From contig JAHFUO010000003.1 in assembly GCA_023265015.1 (NCBI GenBank), positions 2,866 through 66,865 on the forward strand: a DNA stretch of 64,000 bases, written 5' to 3'. This stretch comes from Acidobacteriota bacterium (GTDB lineage: Bacteria > Acidobacteriota > Vicinamibacteria > Vicinamibacterales > UBA2999). The notes beneath the pieces are model-generated. The model worked only from the letters and a program-made list of their open reading frames with translations, made no database searches and was not told the origin of the DNA. A program made the translations under genes and the position numbers. Shown piece after piece: positions 28,858-37,620 of the stretch. How positions within the stretch are numbered: the stretch's first letter is position 1; every line of letters begins with the position of its first letter.

Positions 28858-29981
28858 GCGGCTTTCTTCACACGCTGAGGCGGCCGATTCGCGACATGCT
28901 GCGCCATCGCGCGGAGCTGCGCGAGCAGCGTCAGTGGTCGCGCGTCGCATGGCAGGTCGAGCGCGAGATCGAGGATGTGGTCGGCAGGGGCCGCACGCTG
29001 GTCGTCGGCCCGTGGCTCTCCGAGGTCGGCTACGAAGCGCTCTACTGGATTCCGTTTCTGCGCTGGGTCACGGCGGCGTTCCGTCTCGATCCCGGTCGCG
29101 TCGTCGCGGTGTCGCGCGGCGGGGTCGGCTCGTGGTACGACGGGATTGCCGGACGCTACGTTGAAATCTGGGACGAAGTCGATCCGGCCGAGTTCGCGCG
29201 GCGCGGGGCCGAGCGTGGTGCGGCCAAGCAGCTCGAGATCTCCGCGTTCGATCGTGAAGTCATAGCCGCGGTGGAGCGGCGCATCGGCGCGCCGGTCGAC
29301 GTGCTGCACCCGTCGCTCATGTACCGACTGTTCTCGCTGTTCTGGTCGGGGCAGCGGCCGCTCAGCTTTCTCGACAGCCACACGCGGTTCGAGCCGATCG
29401 CGCCGCCGCGGATCCTCGATCCAGGCCGTCTGCCGCGCGAGTACGTCGCGGTGAAGTTCTACGCCGCGCGGTCGCTGCCCGATACGCCGGACATCAGGCG
29501 GGTGCTCGCGTGGTTTGTCGAGAGCCTGGCCGAGCGCACGAATGTCGTGCTGCTCGATACCGGCCTTGCCCTGGATGAGCACACCGATTACGCGTTCGGT
29601 CCCGCCTACGCGTCGGAGACGCTACGGCGCGGCGAGCCGTCAAGCCGCGTGATCAGCGCGAAGCCGTGGATGACGCCGTCGAACAATCTCGGGGTGCAGA
29701 CGCAGATTATCGCCGGCGCGCAGGCGTTCGTCGGCACCTGCGGCAGCGTCGCGTGGCTGGCGCCGATGCTGGGCGTCAACACCTCCGCGGTGTACGTCGA
29801 CCCGAAGTGGCTGCATGCGCACCTTGGCGTGGAGCTTCGCGCGTGCCACCGCGCGGGCGCCGGGCGGTTTGCGGCGCTCGACCTGCGTGCGCTCGAACCG
29901 TTGGCCGTTGCGCCACACGTCGGCTCAAGGCTCACGGCTCAAGCCTCAGGCGGCTTTAGCCTTAGGCCCCTTGAGCCCTAA
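28854..29981 (+). CDS. Family B protein, copy B3
   Basis: GTGA overlap. LVVGPWLSEVGYEALYWIPFLRWV, AVSRGGVGSWY, VLHPSLMYRL, REYVAVKFYA, AFVGTCGSVAWLAPMLGV. The last ~20 codons are encoded by the GGCTCAAG repeat. Confidence 0.75.
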   Translation: MSGFLHTLRRPIRDMLRHRAELREQRQWSRVAWQVEREIEDVVGRGRTLVVGPWLSEVGYEALYWIPFLRWVTAAFRLDPGRVVAVSRGGVGSWYDGIAGRYVEIWDEVDPAEFARRGAERGAAKQLEISAFDREVIAAVERRIGAPVDVLHPSLMYRLFSLFWSGQRPLSFLDSHTRFEPIAPPRILDPGRLPREYVAVKFYAARSLPDTPDIRRVLAWFVESLAERTNVVLLDTGLALDEHTDYAFGPAYASETLRRGEPSSRVISAKPWMTPSNNLGVQTQIIAGAQAFVGTCGSVAWLAPMLGVNTSAVYVDPKWLHAHLGVELRACHRAGAGRFAALDLRALEPLAVAPHVGSRLTAQASGGFSLRPLEP

Positions 29982-29998
29982 GCCTTGGGCCCTGAGCC
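29922..29998. repeat. GGCTCAAG/GAGCC-family palindrome, copy 1
   Basis: ggctcaaggctcacggctcaagcctcaggcgg cttt agccttaggccccttgagccctaagccttgggccctgagcc. About 8-nt periodicity. Overlaps the 3' end of the upstream CDS and ends 4 nt before ATG 30003. Confidence 0.8.
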
Positions 29999-30002
29999 TT
30001 CC

Positions 30003-31061
30003 ATGACGTCCAACGCACATCCCGCGCTGACTGGTCTTGGATCCGGACGGTGCCTGATCATCGGCGAGGTTGCGCTCACGCACGATGGAAGCGTGGGTCT
30101 CGCGCACGCGTTCGTCGACGCGATCGCGAGCGCTGGCGCGGACGCGGTGAAGTTTCAGACGCACATTGCGGCGGCGGAGAGCACGCCGTCAGAGCCGTTC
30201 CGCGTGAAGTTCAGCAAGCAGGAGGAGACACGCTACGACTACTGGAAGCGGATGGAGTTCACCGAGGAGCAGTGGCGCGGCCTCGCAGATCACGCGCGCG
30301 AGCGCGGCATCCTCTTCCTGTCGTCGCCGTTCTCGATCGAGGCGATCGAGCTGCTCGACCGCCTCGGGATGCCGCTCTGGAAGATTGCGTCCGGCGAGAC
30401 CTCGAACGCGATGCTGCTCGACCGCATCCTCGACACGCGCGCGCCGGTGCTGCTCTCCACGGGCATGAGCCCGATCGAGGAGGTTGACGCCGCCGTCGCC
30501 CGTGTGCGCGCGCGCACGGTGGACGTCGGCGTGTTTCAGTGCACGACCGCGTATCCGTGCCCGCCGGACAAAATCGGCCTCAACCTGATCCCGTTCTACC
30601 GCGAGCGGTACGGGTGCTGGGTGGGCCTCTCTGATCATTCGGCGACGATCTATCCGGGGCTTGCCGGCGCGGCGCTCGGCATGGACATGCTCGAGGTGCA
30701 CGTCGCGCTGTCGCGCGAGCAGTTCGGGCCGGACGTGATCGCGTCGGTGACGACCGCGGAGCTTCGCCAGCTGGTCGACGGCGTCCGCTTCATCGAGCGG
30801 ATGCGCGCCAACCCGATCGACAAGAACGCCTCGGCGCAGGAAACCGCGCCGCTACGAAACCTGTTTACCCGCAGCCTGGTGGCGAGCGCCGACCTGCCCG
30901 CCGGCACCGTCATCACGCGCGACCATGTCGCGATCAAGAAGCCGGGGACCGGCCTGCCGCCCGGTCGGCTCGAGGACATCATCGGCCGCCGCCTGGCGCG
31001 GCCCGTTGCCGCGGATCAACTTCTGGCCGTGGAGGACATCGAGGGACTCGCCCGCTCGTGA
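30003..31061 (+). CDS. neuB: Nonulosonic acid synthase, bacterial NeuB/LegI/PseI-type, with C-terminal SAF domain
   Basis: CLIIGEVALTHDGSVGLAHAFVDAIASAGADAVKFQTH, LFLSSPFSIEAIELLDRLGMPLWKIASGE, GLSDHS, SLVASADLPAGTVITRDHVAIKKPGTGL. Confidence 0.85.
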   Translation: MTSNAHPALTGLGSGRCLIIGEVALTHDGSVGLAHAFVDAIASAGADAVKFQTHIAAAESTPSEPFRVKFSKQEETRYDYWKRMEFTEEQWRGLADHARERGILFLSSPFSIEAIELLDRLGMPLWKIASGETSNAMLLDRILDTRAPVLLSTGMSPIEEVDAAVARVRARTVDVGVFQCTTAYPCPPDKIGLNLIPFYRERYGCWVGLSDHSATIYPGLAGAALGMDMLEVHVALSREQFGPDVIASVTTAELRQLVDGVRFIERMRANPIDKNASAQETAPLRNLFTRSLVASADLPAGTVITRDHVAIKKPGTGLPPGRLEDIIGRRLARPVAADQLLAVEDIEGLARS

Positions 31062-32215
31062 GCACACGAAAAATCTGCGTCGTGGTCACCGCCCGCCCGA
31101 GCTACTCGCGTATCCGCACGGCGCTCACAGCCATCAACGCGCATCCCGATCTCGAGCTGCAGCTCGTGGTTGCCGCGTCGGCGCTGCTCGATCGCTACGG
31201 CAACGCCGTCCAGGCGATCGAGCGCGACGGGTTTCCGATCGCCGCGCGCGTCTACATGGTGCTCGAGGGAGAGAACCTCGTCACGTCCGCGAAGTCCACG
31301 GGCCTTGGGCTCGTGGAGCTCGCCACGGTGTTCGACAACCTCAAGCCGGACGCCGTGGTGACGGTCGCGGATCGATACGAGACGCTCGCGACGGCCGTGG
31401 CCGCGTCGTACATGAACATTCCAGTCGTGCACGTGCAGGGCGGCGAGGTCACGGGATCGATCGACGAGAAGGTCCGTCACGCGGTGACCAAGCTCGCCAA
31501 CCTGCACCTCGTCTCGACGAAGCGTGCCGCGGAGCGCGTCCGCCGATTGGGTGAGGAAGCGGACAGCGTCCACGTCACGGGCTGCCCGTCGATCGACATC
31601 GCGGCAGAGGTTGCCGCCAGCCAGAAGATGGATTTCGATCCGTTCGTGAAGTACGGCGGCGTCGGCCCGATGACCGACCTGTCGCGCGGCTACCTCGTCG
31701 TGATGCAGCATCCCGTGACGACGGAATACGAAGAGGCGCGGCAGCAGATCGACGAGACGCTGTATGCAGCGAAGGATTTCGGGCTGCCCGTGCTCTGGTT
31801 CTGGCCGAACGTCGATGCCGGCTCCGACGGGACGTCGAAAGGCATCCGCGTCTTCCGCGAGAAGGAGGACCCGGCGAACTTCCACCTGTTCCGCAACATG
31901 TTTCCCGAAGACTTCCTCCGGCTGCTGTGCGGCGCCACCGCGATCGTCGGCAACTCGAGCGTCGCGATCCGCGAGTGCTCGTATCTCGGCGTGCCGGCCG
32001 TCAACATCGGCAGCCGTCAGCTGGGACGCGAGCGCGGGCAGAACGTCATCGACGTCGGTCACGACCGGAAGGAGATTGCCGACGCGGTCCGTACGCACGT
32101 CACGCGCGGCAGGCCGGCGCGCGATCTGCTCTACGGCGACGGCAAGGCGGGCGCGCGAATCGCGGATTGTCTCTCGAGTGCGGAGTTGAAGATCGAGAAG
32201 AGGTTGACCTATTAG
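31058..32215 (+). CDS. neuC: UDP-N-acetylglucosamine 2-epimerase, hydrolysing (NeuC/LegG-type), copy 2
   Basis: ICVVVTARPSYSRIRTAL, VVTVADRYETLATAVAASYMNIPVVHVQGGEVTGSIDEKVRHAVTKLANLHL. GTGA overlap with neuB. Confidence 0.85.
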   Translation: MSTRKICVVVTARPSYSRIRTALTAINAHPDLELQLVVAASALLDRYGNAVQAIERDGFPIAARVYMVLEGENLVTSAKSTGLGLVELATVFDNLKPDAVVTVADRYETLATAVAASYMNIPVVHVQGGEVTGSIDEKVRHAVTKLANLHLVSTKRAAERVRRLGEEADSVHVTGCPSIDIAAEVAASQKMDFDPFVKYGGVGPMTDLSRGYLVVMQHPVTTEYEEARQQIDETLYAAKDFGLPVLWFWPNVDAGSDGTSKGIRVFREKEDPANFHLFRNMFPEDFLRLLCGATAIVGNSSVAIRECSYLGVPAVNIGSRQLGRERGQNVIDVGHDRKEIADAVRTHVTRGRPARDLLYGDGKAGARIADCLSSAELKIEKRLTY

Positions 32216-32282
32216 GGCCGGCTAAAGCCGGCCCCTACGAGCCGGCCCCTACGAGCCGGCCCCTACGAGCCGGCCCCTACGT
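32216..32282. repeat. Hairpin-CCTACG family: hairpin plus 4 tandem copies of a 14-bp unit
   Basis: ggccggc-taaa-gccggcc hairpin, then gccggcccctacga at 32227, 32241, 32255 and 32269 (last copy ends cgt). Confidence 0.9.
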
Positions 32283-32311
32283 ACGAATGGTGAATACGCG
32301 CGAATGTCCCG

Positions 32312-33235
32312 ATGGTAACCACGTCCGCTGATCGCCGAGAGCGCATCGCCGCGCTCGACTATGACTACGCGTCGCAGCCGAAGCAGGCGCTCACCGCCTG
32401 CAACCTGTGCGGCGCGTCTGAGTTCGTCGTGCTCACGCACCGCGATCGCTACGGCTATCCCGCGCAGGCGCATGCGTGCCGGCGCTGCGGGCTCGTGTTT
32501 CTCAACCCGCGCATGGACGCAGAGGCCTACGGCCGCTTCTACAACGGCATCTATCGCCCGCTCGTAAGCGCGTTCCACGGCCGCCTGATCGATGCGCGCA
32601 CGATCCAGGACGAGCAGCGCGACTACGCCGCAGAGCGGGCGGAGTTCATCCGCCCATTCGTCGGGAAGAGCGGCGGGCAGACGATGCTCGACATCGGCGG
32701 ATCGACCGGCGTCGTGGCGCATCACTTCGCCCGCGAGTTCGGCCTGAGCGGCACGGTGATCGATCCGGCCCCGCTCGAAGTCGAGCAGGCGCGGGGCCTC
32801 GGGCTCGAGACGATCACCGGCCTCGTCGAAGAGCACGACTTCGACACGCGCCGGTTCGACGTCGTGATCATCTGTCAGACCGTCGACCATCTGCTCGACG
32901 TCGCCGGCACGCTCGCGCGCGTGCGCCAGTTGCTGGCGAAGGGCGGCCTCCTCTTCATCGACATCGTCGACTTCCGCGCGGCGTACCTTCGCCACTGGTC
33001 GGTCGAGGACGCCGTGAAGATCGATCATCCGTACTACCTGACGGAGCCGACGATGGCCGCGTACTTGAGGATGTCGGGCTTCGAGGTGCTGCGGAGCGAT
33101 TTCGCGGCGGACCATCTGCACGTGAGCTACGTGTGCCGCCCGGTTGTCGCGCACGCCGACGGTCTGCCGCATGCGGCATCGGTGGAAGCGCTGCTGCGCG
33201 AAGTGCGCGAAGTGCAAAGCCGGCTCAAGGCTTAG
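32312..33235 (+). CDS. SAM-dependent methyltransferase with N-terminal zinc ribbon
   Basis: CNLCGA...CRRCGLVFLNP; MLDIGGSTGVVAHHF...FDVVIICQTVDHLLD...GGLLFIDIVD...HPYYLT. Confidence 0.8.
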   Translation: MVTTSADRRERIAALDYDYASQPKQALTACNLCGASEFVVLTHRDRYGYPAQAHACRRCGLVFLNPRMDAEAYGRFYNGIYRPLVSAFHGRLIDARTIQDEQRDYAAERAEFIRPFVGKSGGQTMLDIGGSTGVVAHHFAREFGLSGTVIDPAPLEVEQARGLGLETITGLVEEHDFDTRRFDVVIICQTVDHLLDVAGTLARVRQLLAKGGLLFIDIVDFRAAYLRHWSVEDAVKIDHPYYLTEPTMAAYLRMSGFEVLRSDFAADHLHVSYVCRPVVAHADGLPHAASVEALLREVREVQSRLKA

Positions 33236-33310
33236 GTCTCAAGGCTCAAGCCCAAAGCCCCTTAGGCCCCGAGCCCCGAGCCCTGAGCCCTAAGCCCTGA
33301 GCCCTAAGCC
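33222..33310. repeat. GGCTCAAG/GAGCC-family palindrome, copy 2
   Basis: ggctcaaggcttaggtctcaaggctcaagccc aaa gccccttaggccccgagccccgagccctgagccctaagccctgagccctaagcc. Contains the upstream stop codon and ends 1 nt before ATG 33312. Confidence 0.8.
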
Positions 33311-33311
33311 A

Positions 33312-34001
33312 ATGCTTGTTCTCGGCATCGTTCCGGCGCGCGGTGGATCGAAGGGTGTGCCCGGGAAGAACGTGCGGCCGCTCGCGGGTCACACGCTCCT
33401 CGAGTACACGGCGCGCGCGGCGCGCGAGTCCGGCGTGCTCGATCGCGTCATCCTGAGCACCGACTCGCCGGACATTGCCGACGCGGGGCGGCGGGCCGGG
33501 CTCGAGGTGCCGTTCATGCGGCCCGTGACGCTGGCGGCAGACGACACGCCGATGCTGCCCGTGATCCAGCACGCCCTCGATGCGGTGGCGCGCGGCGGCT
33601 GGTCGCCGGACATCGTCGTCCTGCTGCAGCCGACGTCCCCGCTGCGACGGTCCGACCACATCCGCGACGCGGTCGCCACGCTCTGCGAGACGAAGGCGGA
33701 TTCGGTCGTGACGGTCGTGGAGATCCCACGCCATCTCTCGCCGGATTACGTGATGCGGGTCGAGGGCGGCCGCCTGCAGCCGTTCCTGTCGGACGCGGTG
33801 CGCGCGACCCGTCGCCAGGATGCGCGGCCGGCGTACTCACGCGACGGCACGGTCTACGCCTGCTGGCGCGCGACGGTCGAGCGGTTCGGCAACATCTACG
33901 GCGACGACTGCCGGCCGCTGCTGATCGACGCGCGCGAATCGCTCAGCATCGATTCACCGGCGGATTGGGATGCGGCGGAGCGTCTGCTGGCCGGACGGTA
34001 G
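33312..34001 (+). CDS. neuA: Acylneuraminate/nonulosonate cytidylyltransferase (NeuA-type), copy 2
   Basis: LGIVPARGGSKGVPGKNVRPLAGHTLLEYT...LSTDSPDIADAGRRAGLEVPFMRPVTLAADDTPMLPVIQHAL...LLQPTSPLRR. Confidence 0.85.
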   Translation: MLVLGIVPARGGSKGVPGKNVRPLAGHTLLEYTARAARESGVLDRVILSTDSPDIADAGRRAGLEVPFMRPVTLAADDTPMLPVIQHALDAVARGGWSPDIVVLLQPTSPLRRSDHIRDAVATLCETKADSVVTVVEIPRHLSPDYVMRVEGGRLQPFLSDAVRATRRQDARPAYSRDGTVYACWRATVERFGNIYGDDCRPLLIDARESLSIDSPADWDAAERLLAGR

Positions 34002-34004
34002 ATC

Positions 34005-34084
34005 AACCACGAAAACACGAAGGTCGCGAAGTTCACGAAAGACTTTTTTTGGAAAAAGGTGTGATCTTCGTGTCCTTCGTGGTT
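34005..34084. repeat. CACGAAG-family intergenic palindrome, copy 3
   Basis: aaccacgaaaacacgaaggtcgcgaagttcacgaaaga ctttttttggaaaaaggtgtga tcttcgtgtccttcgtggtt. The left arm is longer than the right, and there is an inner T/A palindrome. Confidence 0.75.
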
Positions 34085-34099
34085 AAGAGGTCTTGAGTT

Positions 34100-35119
34100 T
34101 TGAGCTACTCATCGCTTCGCCGCGTCGTGCCGCGGCCGCTTCGGCTGGCGGCCCGCGCGTTCCTCGCGCGGCGCGGCAGCGCGCAGCTGCAGCGGGACCT
34201 CACGGCGATGGCCGCGCGGCCTGCGCCGATCGTCGCTGGGCCGTGGCTCGGCGAGGTCGGCTTCGAGCTCCTCTACTGGGTTCCGTTCCTCCGATGGTTC
34301 GCCGAGCGCTTCCAGGTGAGCGCGGAGCGGCTCATCGTCATGTCGCGCGGCGGCACCGCGTCGTGGTACCGGCCGTGTGCGGCGCGCTACGTTGACGTCT
34401 TCGACGAGGTGACGCCCGACACGTTTCGCGATCAGCACGATGCGCGCGTGCGGGATCTCGGCGAGCAGAAGCAGACGCGCGTGACCGCGTTCGATCGCAC
34501 GCTCGTCGATGCGGCGGCGCGGCGGGCAAGTGCCCCGGAGTCGTCGCGGCTGCATCCGTCGCGGATGTACGAGCTGTTCAACCCGTACTGGTGGGGCCAC
34601 CTCTCGAGCGACTGGGTGCATGCGCACGCGCGCTACGCGCGTCTGCCGGAGCCGGACCTCGTCGGCGTCGGCGGCCTGCCGGCCCGTTACGTCGCGGTGA
34701 AGTTCTACTTCAACGACTGCTTTCCCGCGACGGATCGCAATCGCACGTTCGTGCGCGATGTGCTGCGGACGCTGGCGGAGCGGGGATCGGTCGTGGCGCT
34801 CTCGACCGGGTTGAACATCGACGACCATGGCGGCGTACGCGTGGACGAGTTCGGCGTGCGCCATCTGCCCGAGGGGATCGACCCGGCGCACAACCTTCAC
34901 GTGCAGAGCGCCGTCGTCTCGCGCGCGCAGGCGTTGGTCGGCACCTACGGCGGGTTTTCGTACATGGCGCCCTTCTACGGGGTGAGATCGCTGGCTTTCT
35001 ACAGCGAACCGGGCGGGTTTTCGCAGAAGCATCTCCACATGGCGCGCTCGGCGTTCGAGACGATCAGCGCGGACGGCCTCTTCGATGTCCGCGACGCAGG
35101 AAATGGGCCCCTTGACTGA
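34100..35119 (+). CDS. Family B protein, copy B4
   Basis: PIVAGPWLGEVGFELLYWVPFLRWF, VMSRGGTASWY, RLHPSRMYEL, ARYVAVKFYF, ALVGTYGGFSYMAPFYGV. TTG start. Confidence 0.7.
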   Translation: MSYSSLRRVVPRPLRLAARAFLARRGSAQLQRDLTAMAARPAPIVAGPWLGEVGFELLYWVPFLRWFAERFQVSAERLIVMSRGGTASWYRPCAARYVDVFDEVTPDTFRDQHDARVRDLGEQKQTRVTAFDRTLVDAAARRASAPESSRLHPSRMYELFNPYWWGHLSSDWVHAHARYARLPEPDLVGVGGLPARYVAVKFYFNDCFPATDRNRTFVRDVLRTLAERGSVVALSTGLNIDDHGGVRVDEFGVRHLPEGIDPAHNLHVQSAVVSRAQALVGTYGGFSYMAPFYGVRSLAFYSEPGGFSQKHLHMARSAFETISADGLFDVRDAGNGPLD

Positions 35120-36314
35120 GCGAGGCTGGGCAGCGGTCGATGCACGCGCCCGTACCGCCAAGCGGGCCGCGTTCGCGGAGACGAAGCGCGGCGTCAAGCT
35201 CGTGCGCGAGCGGATCCGCAACGCCGGCATCGCCGCATTGAACCTGTCCGCAAAACAGCTTCGACGCATGTCATGGCTTGGATCGCGCGTGCAGAAGCAG
35301 GCGCACGAGCTTGGTGAAACGAAGAAGCGCTTCGACACCTATCGCACCGAATGGGTCGTCGAGCGCGACATCGCGCGGGTCGCCTCCGGCTCCGATCCGA
35401 TCATCGTCGGGCCGTGGCTGTCCGAGGTCGGATACGAAGTCCTCTACTGGATCCCGTTTGTGCGCTGGGTCCAGTCGCAGTTCAGCATCGATCCCTCGCG
35501 TCTCGTGGTCGTGACACGCGGCGGCGCGGCGTCGTGGTACGGAGACAGCGCGACGAACGCCGTGGAGCTGTTCGATCTGATGTCGCCGGAGGAGTACGCC
35601 GCGCGCAACGCGCGGCGCAGCGCCGACGATCGCGGCACGCTGAAACAGTTTGGCATCTCACCGATGGATCGGGAGATCGTGGCCGACGTCGAGCGGCGGA
35701 TCGGCGCCCGACGCACGAACGTGCTGCATCCATCGCTGATGTATACGCTCTTTCACCAGTTCTGGCTTGGGCATCGGCCCGCGTCATTCCTCGAGAAGCG
35801 GACGAAGTACAGGCTGGTGTCCGCGCCTGACGTGGCGCTGCCGCCGCTCCCGCCGTCGTACGTCGCGGTGAAGTTCTACACCGCCGCGTCGCTGCCGCCG
35901 ACCGATGAGGTGCGCCGGGCGCTTCAATCGATCGTCCTCGGCATCGCGGAGCGGACACCGGTCGTGATGCTCGACACGGGCCTGGCGCTGGACGATCACG
36001 AGGACTACTCGTTCGAAGACGCGTCGCGCATCCACAGCGTGCGCGCCTCGCTTCAGCCGCGCGACAACCTGGCGGCGCAGGCGGCCATCATCAGCCGCGC
36101 CTCGTCGTTTGTCGGCACGTGCGGAGCGCTCGCGTGGCTCGCGCCGATGCTCGGCGTCGACACGACCGCGGTGCTGGCCGACGCGCGCTTCCTGCACGGG
36201 CACCTGCAGGTCGCGCGCCGCGTGTACCAGGTGATCGGCGGCGGACGATTCTCGCCGCTCGACATCTCCGCGTTCGACCAGCTCGGGCTGTCGTTTATGA
36301 GATTGACGAATTGA
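35085..36314 (+). CDS. Family B protein, copy B5
   Basis: IIVGPWLSEVGYEVLYWIPFVRWV, VVTRGGAASWY, VLHPSLMYTL, PSYVAVKFYT, SFVGTCGALAWLAPMLGV. 35-nt overlap with B4, so the start is uncertain. The last 5 codons lie in the TTGACGAA repeat. Confidence 0.7.
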   Translation: MSATQEMGPLTERGWAAVDARARTAKRAAFAETKRGVKLVRERIRNAGIAALNLSAKQLRRMSWLGSRVQKQAHELGETKKRFDTYRTEWVVERDIARVASGSDPIIVGPWLSEVGYEVLYWIPFVRWVQSQFSIDPSRLVVVTRGGAASWYGDSATNAVELFDLMSPEEYAARNARRSADDRGTLKQFGISPMDREIVADVERRIGARRTNVLHPSLMYTLFHQFWLGHRPASFLEKRTKYRLVSAPDVALPPLPPSYVAVKFYTAASLPPTDEVRRALQSIVLGIAERTPVVMLDTGLALDDHEDYSFEDASRIHSVRASLQPRDNLAAQAAIISRASSFVGTCGALAWLAPMLGVDTTAVLADARFLHGHLQVARRVYQVIGGGRFSPLDISAFDQLGLSFMRLTN

Positions 36315-36390
36315 CGAATTTACGAATCGACACATTTATTGCGTCAATTGCAAATCCGAATTCGTCAATTCGCAGATTCGTCAATTCGAC
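36302..36390. repeat. TTGACGAA-unit intergenic palindrome
   Basis: attgacgaattgacgaatttacgaatcgac acatttatt gcgtcaattgcaaatccgaattcgtcaattcgcagattcgtcaattcgac. 8-nt periodicity. Contains the upstream stop and ends 9 nt before ATG 36400. Confidence 0.8.
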
Positions 36391-36399
36391 AACTCACGC

Positions 36400-37536
<1,137 letters not shown>

Positions 37537-37546
37537 GCCCGAACTT

Positions 37547-37620
37547 CCAACGACCAACGTCCAACTCCCAGGCGTTGGGGTTTGGGATTTGGGATTTGGG
37601 ATAATTTGGGATTTGGGTTT
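37547..37620. repeat. CCAAC/TTGGG-unit intergenic palindrome
   Basis: ccaacgaccaacgtccaactcccagg cgttggggtttgggatttgggatttgggataatttgggatttgggttt. The right arm has about twice as many 7-nt units as the left. Confidence 0.75.

Noticed and set aside
32227-32282. Possible CRISPR array (regular short repeats)
   Set aside because: The units are 14 bp and directly adjacent with no spacers, there are only four copies, and no cas genes are present. It is a tandem repeat attached to a hairpin.
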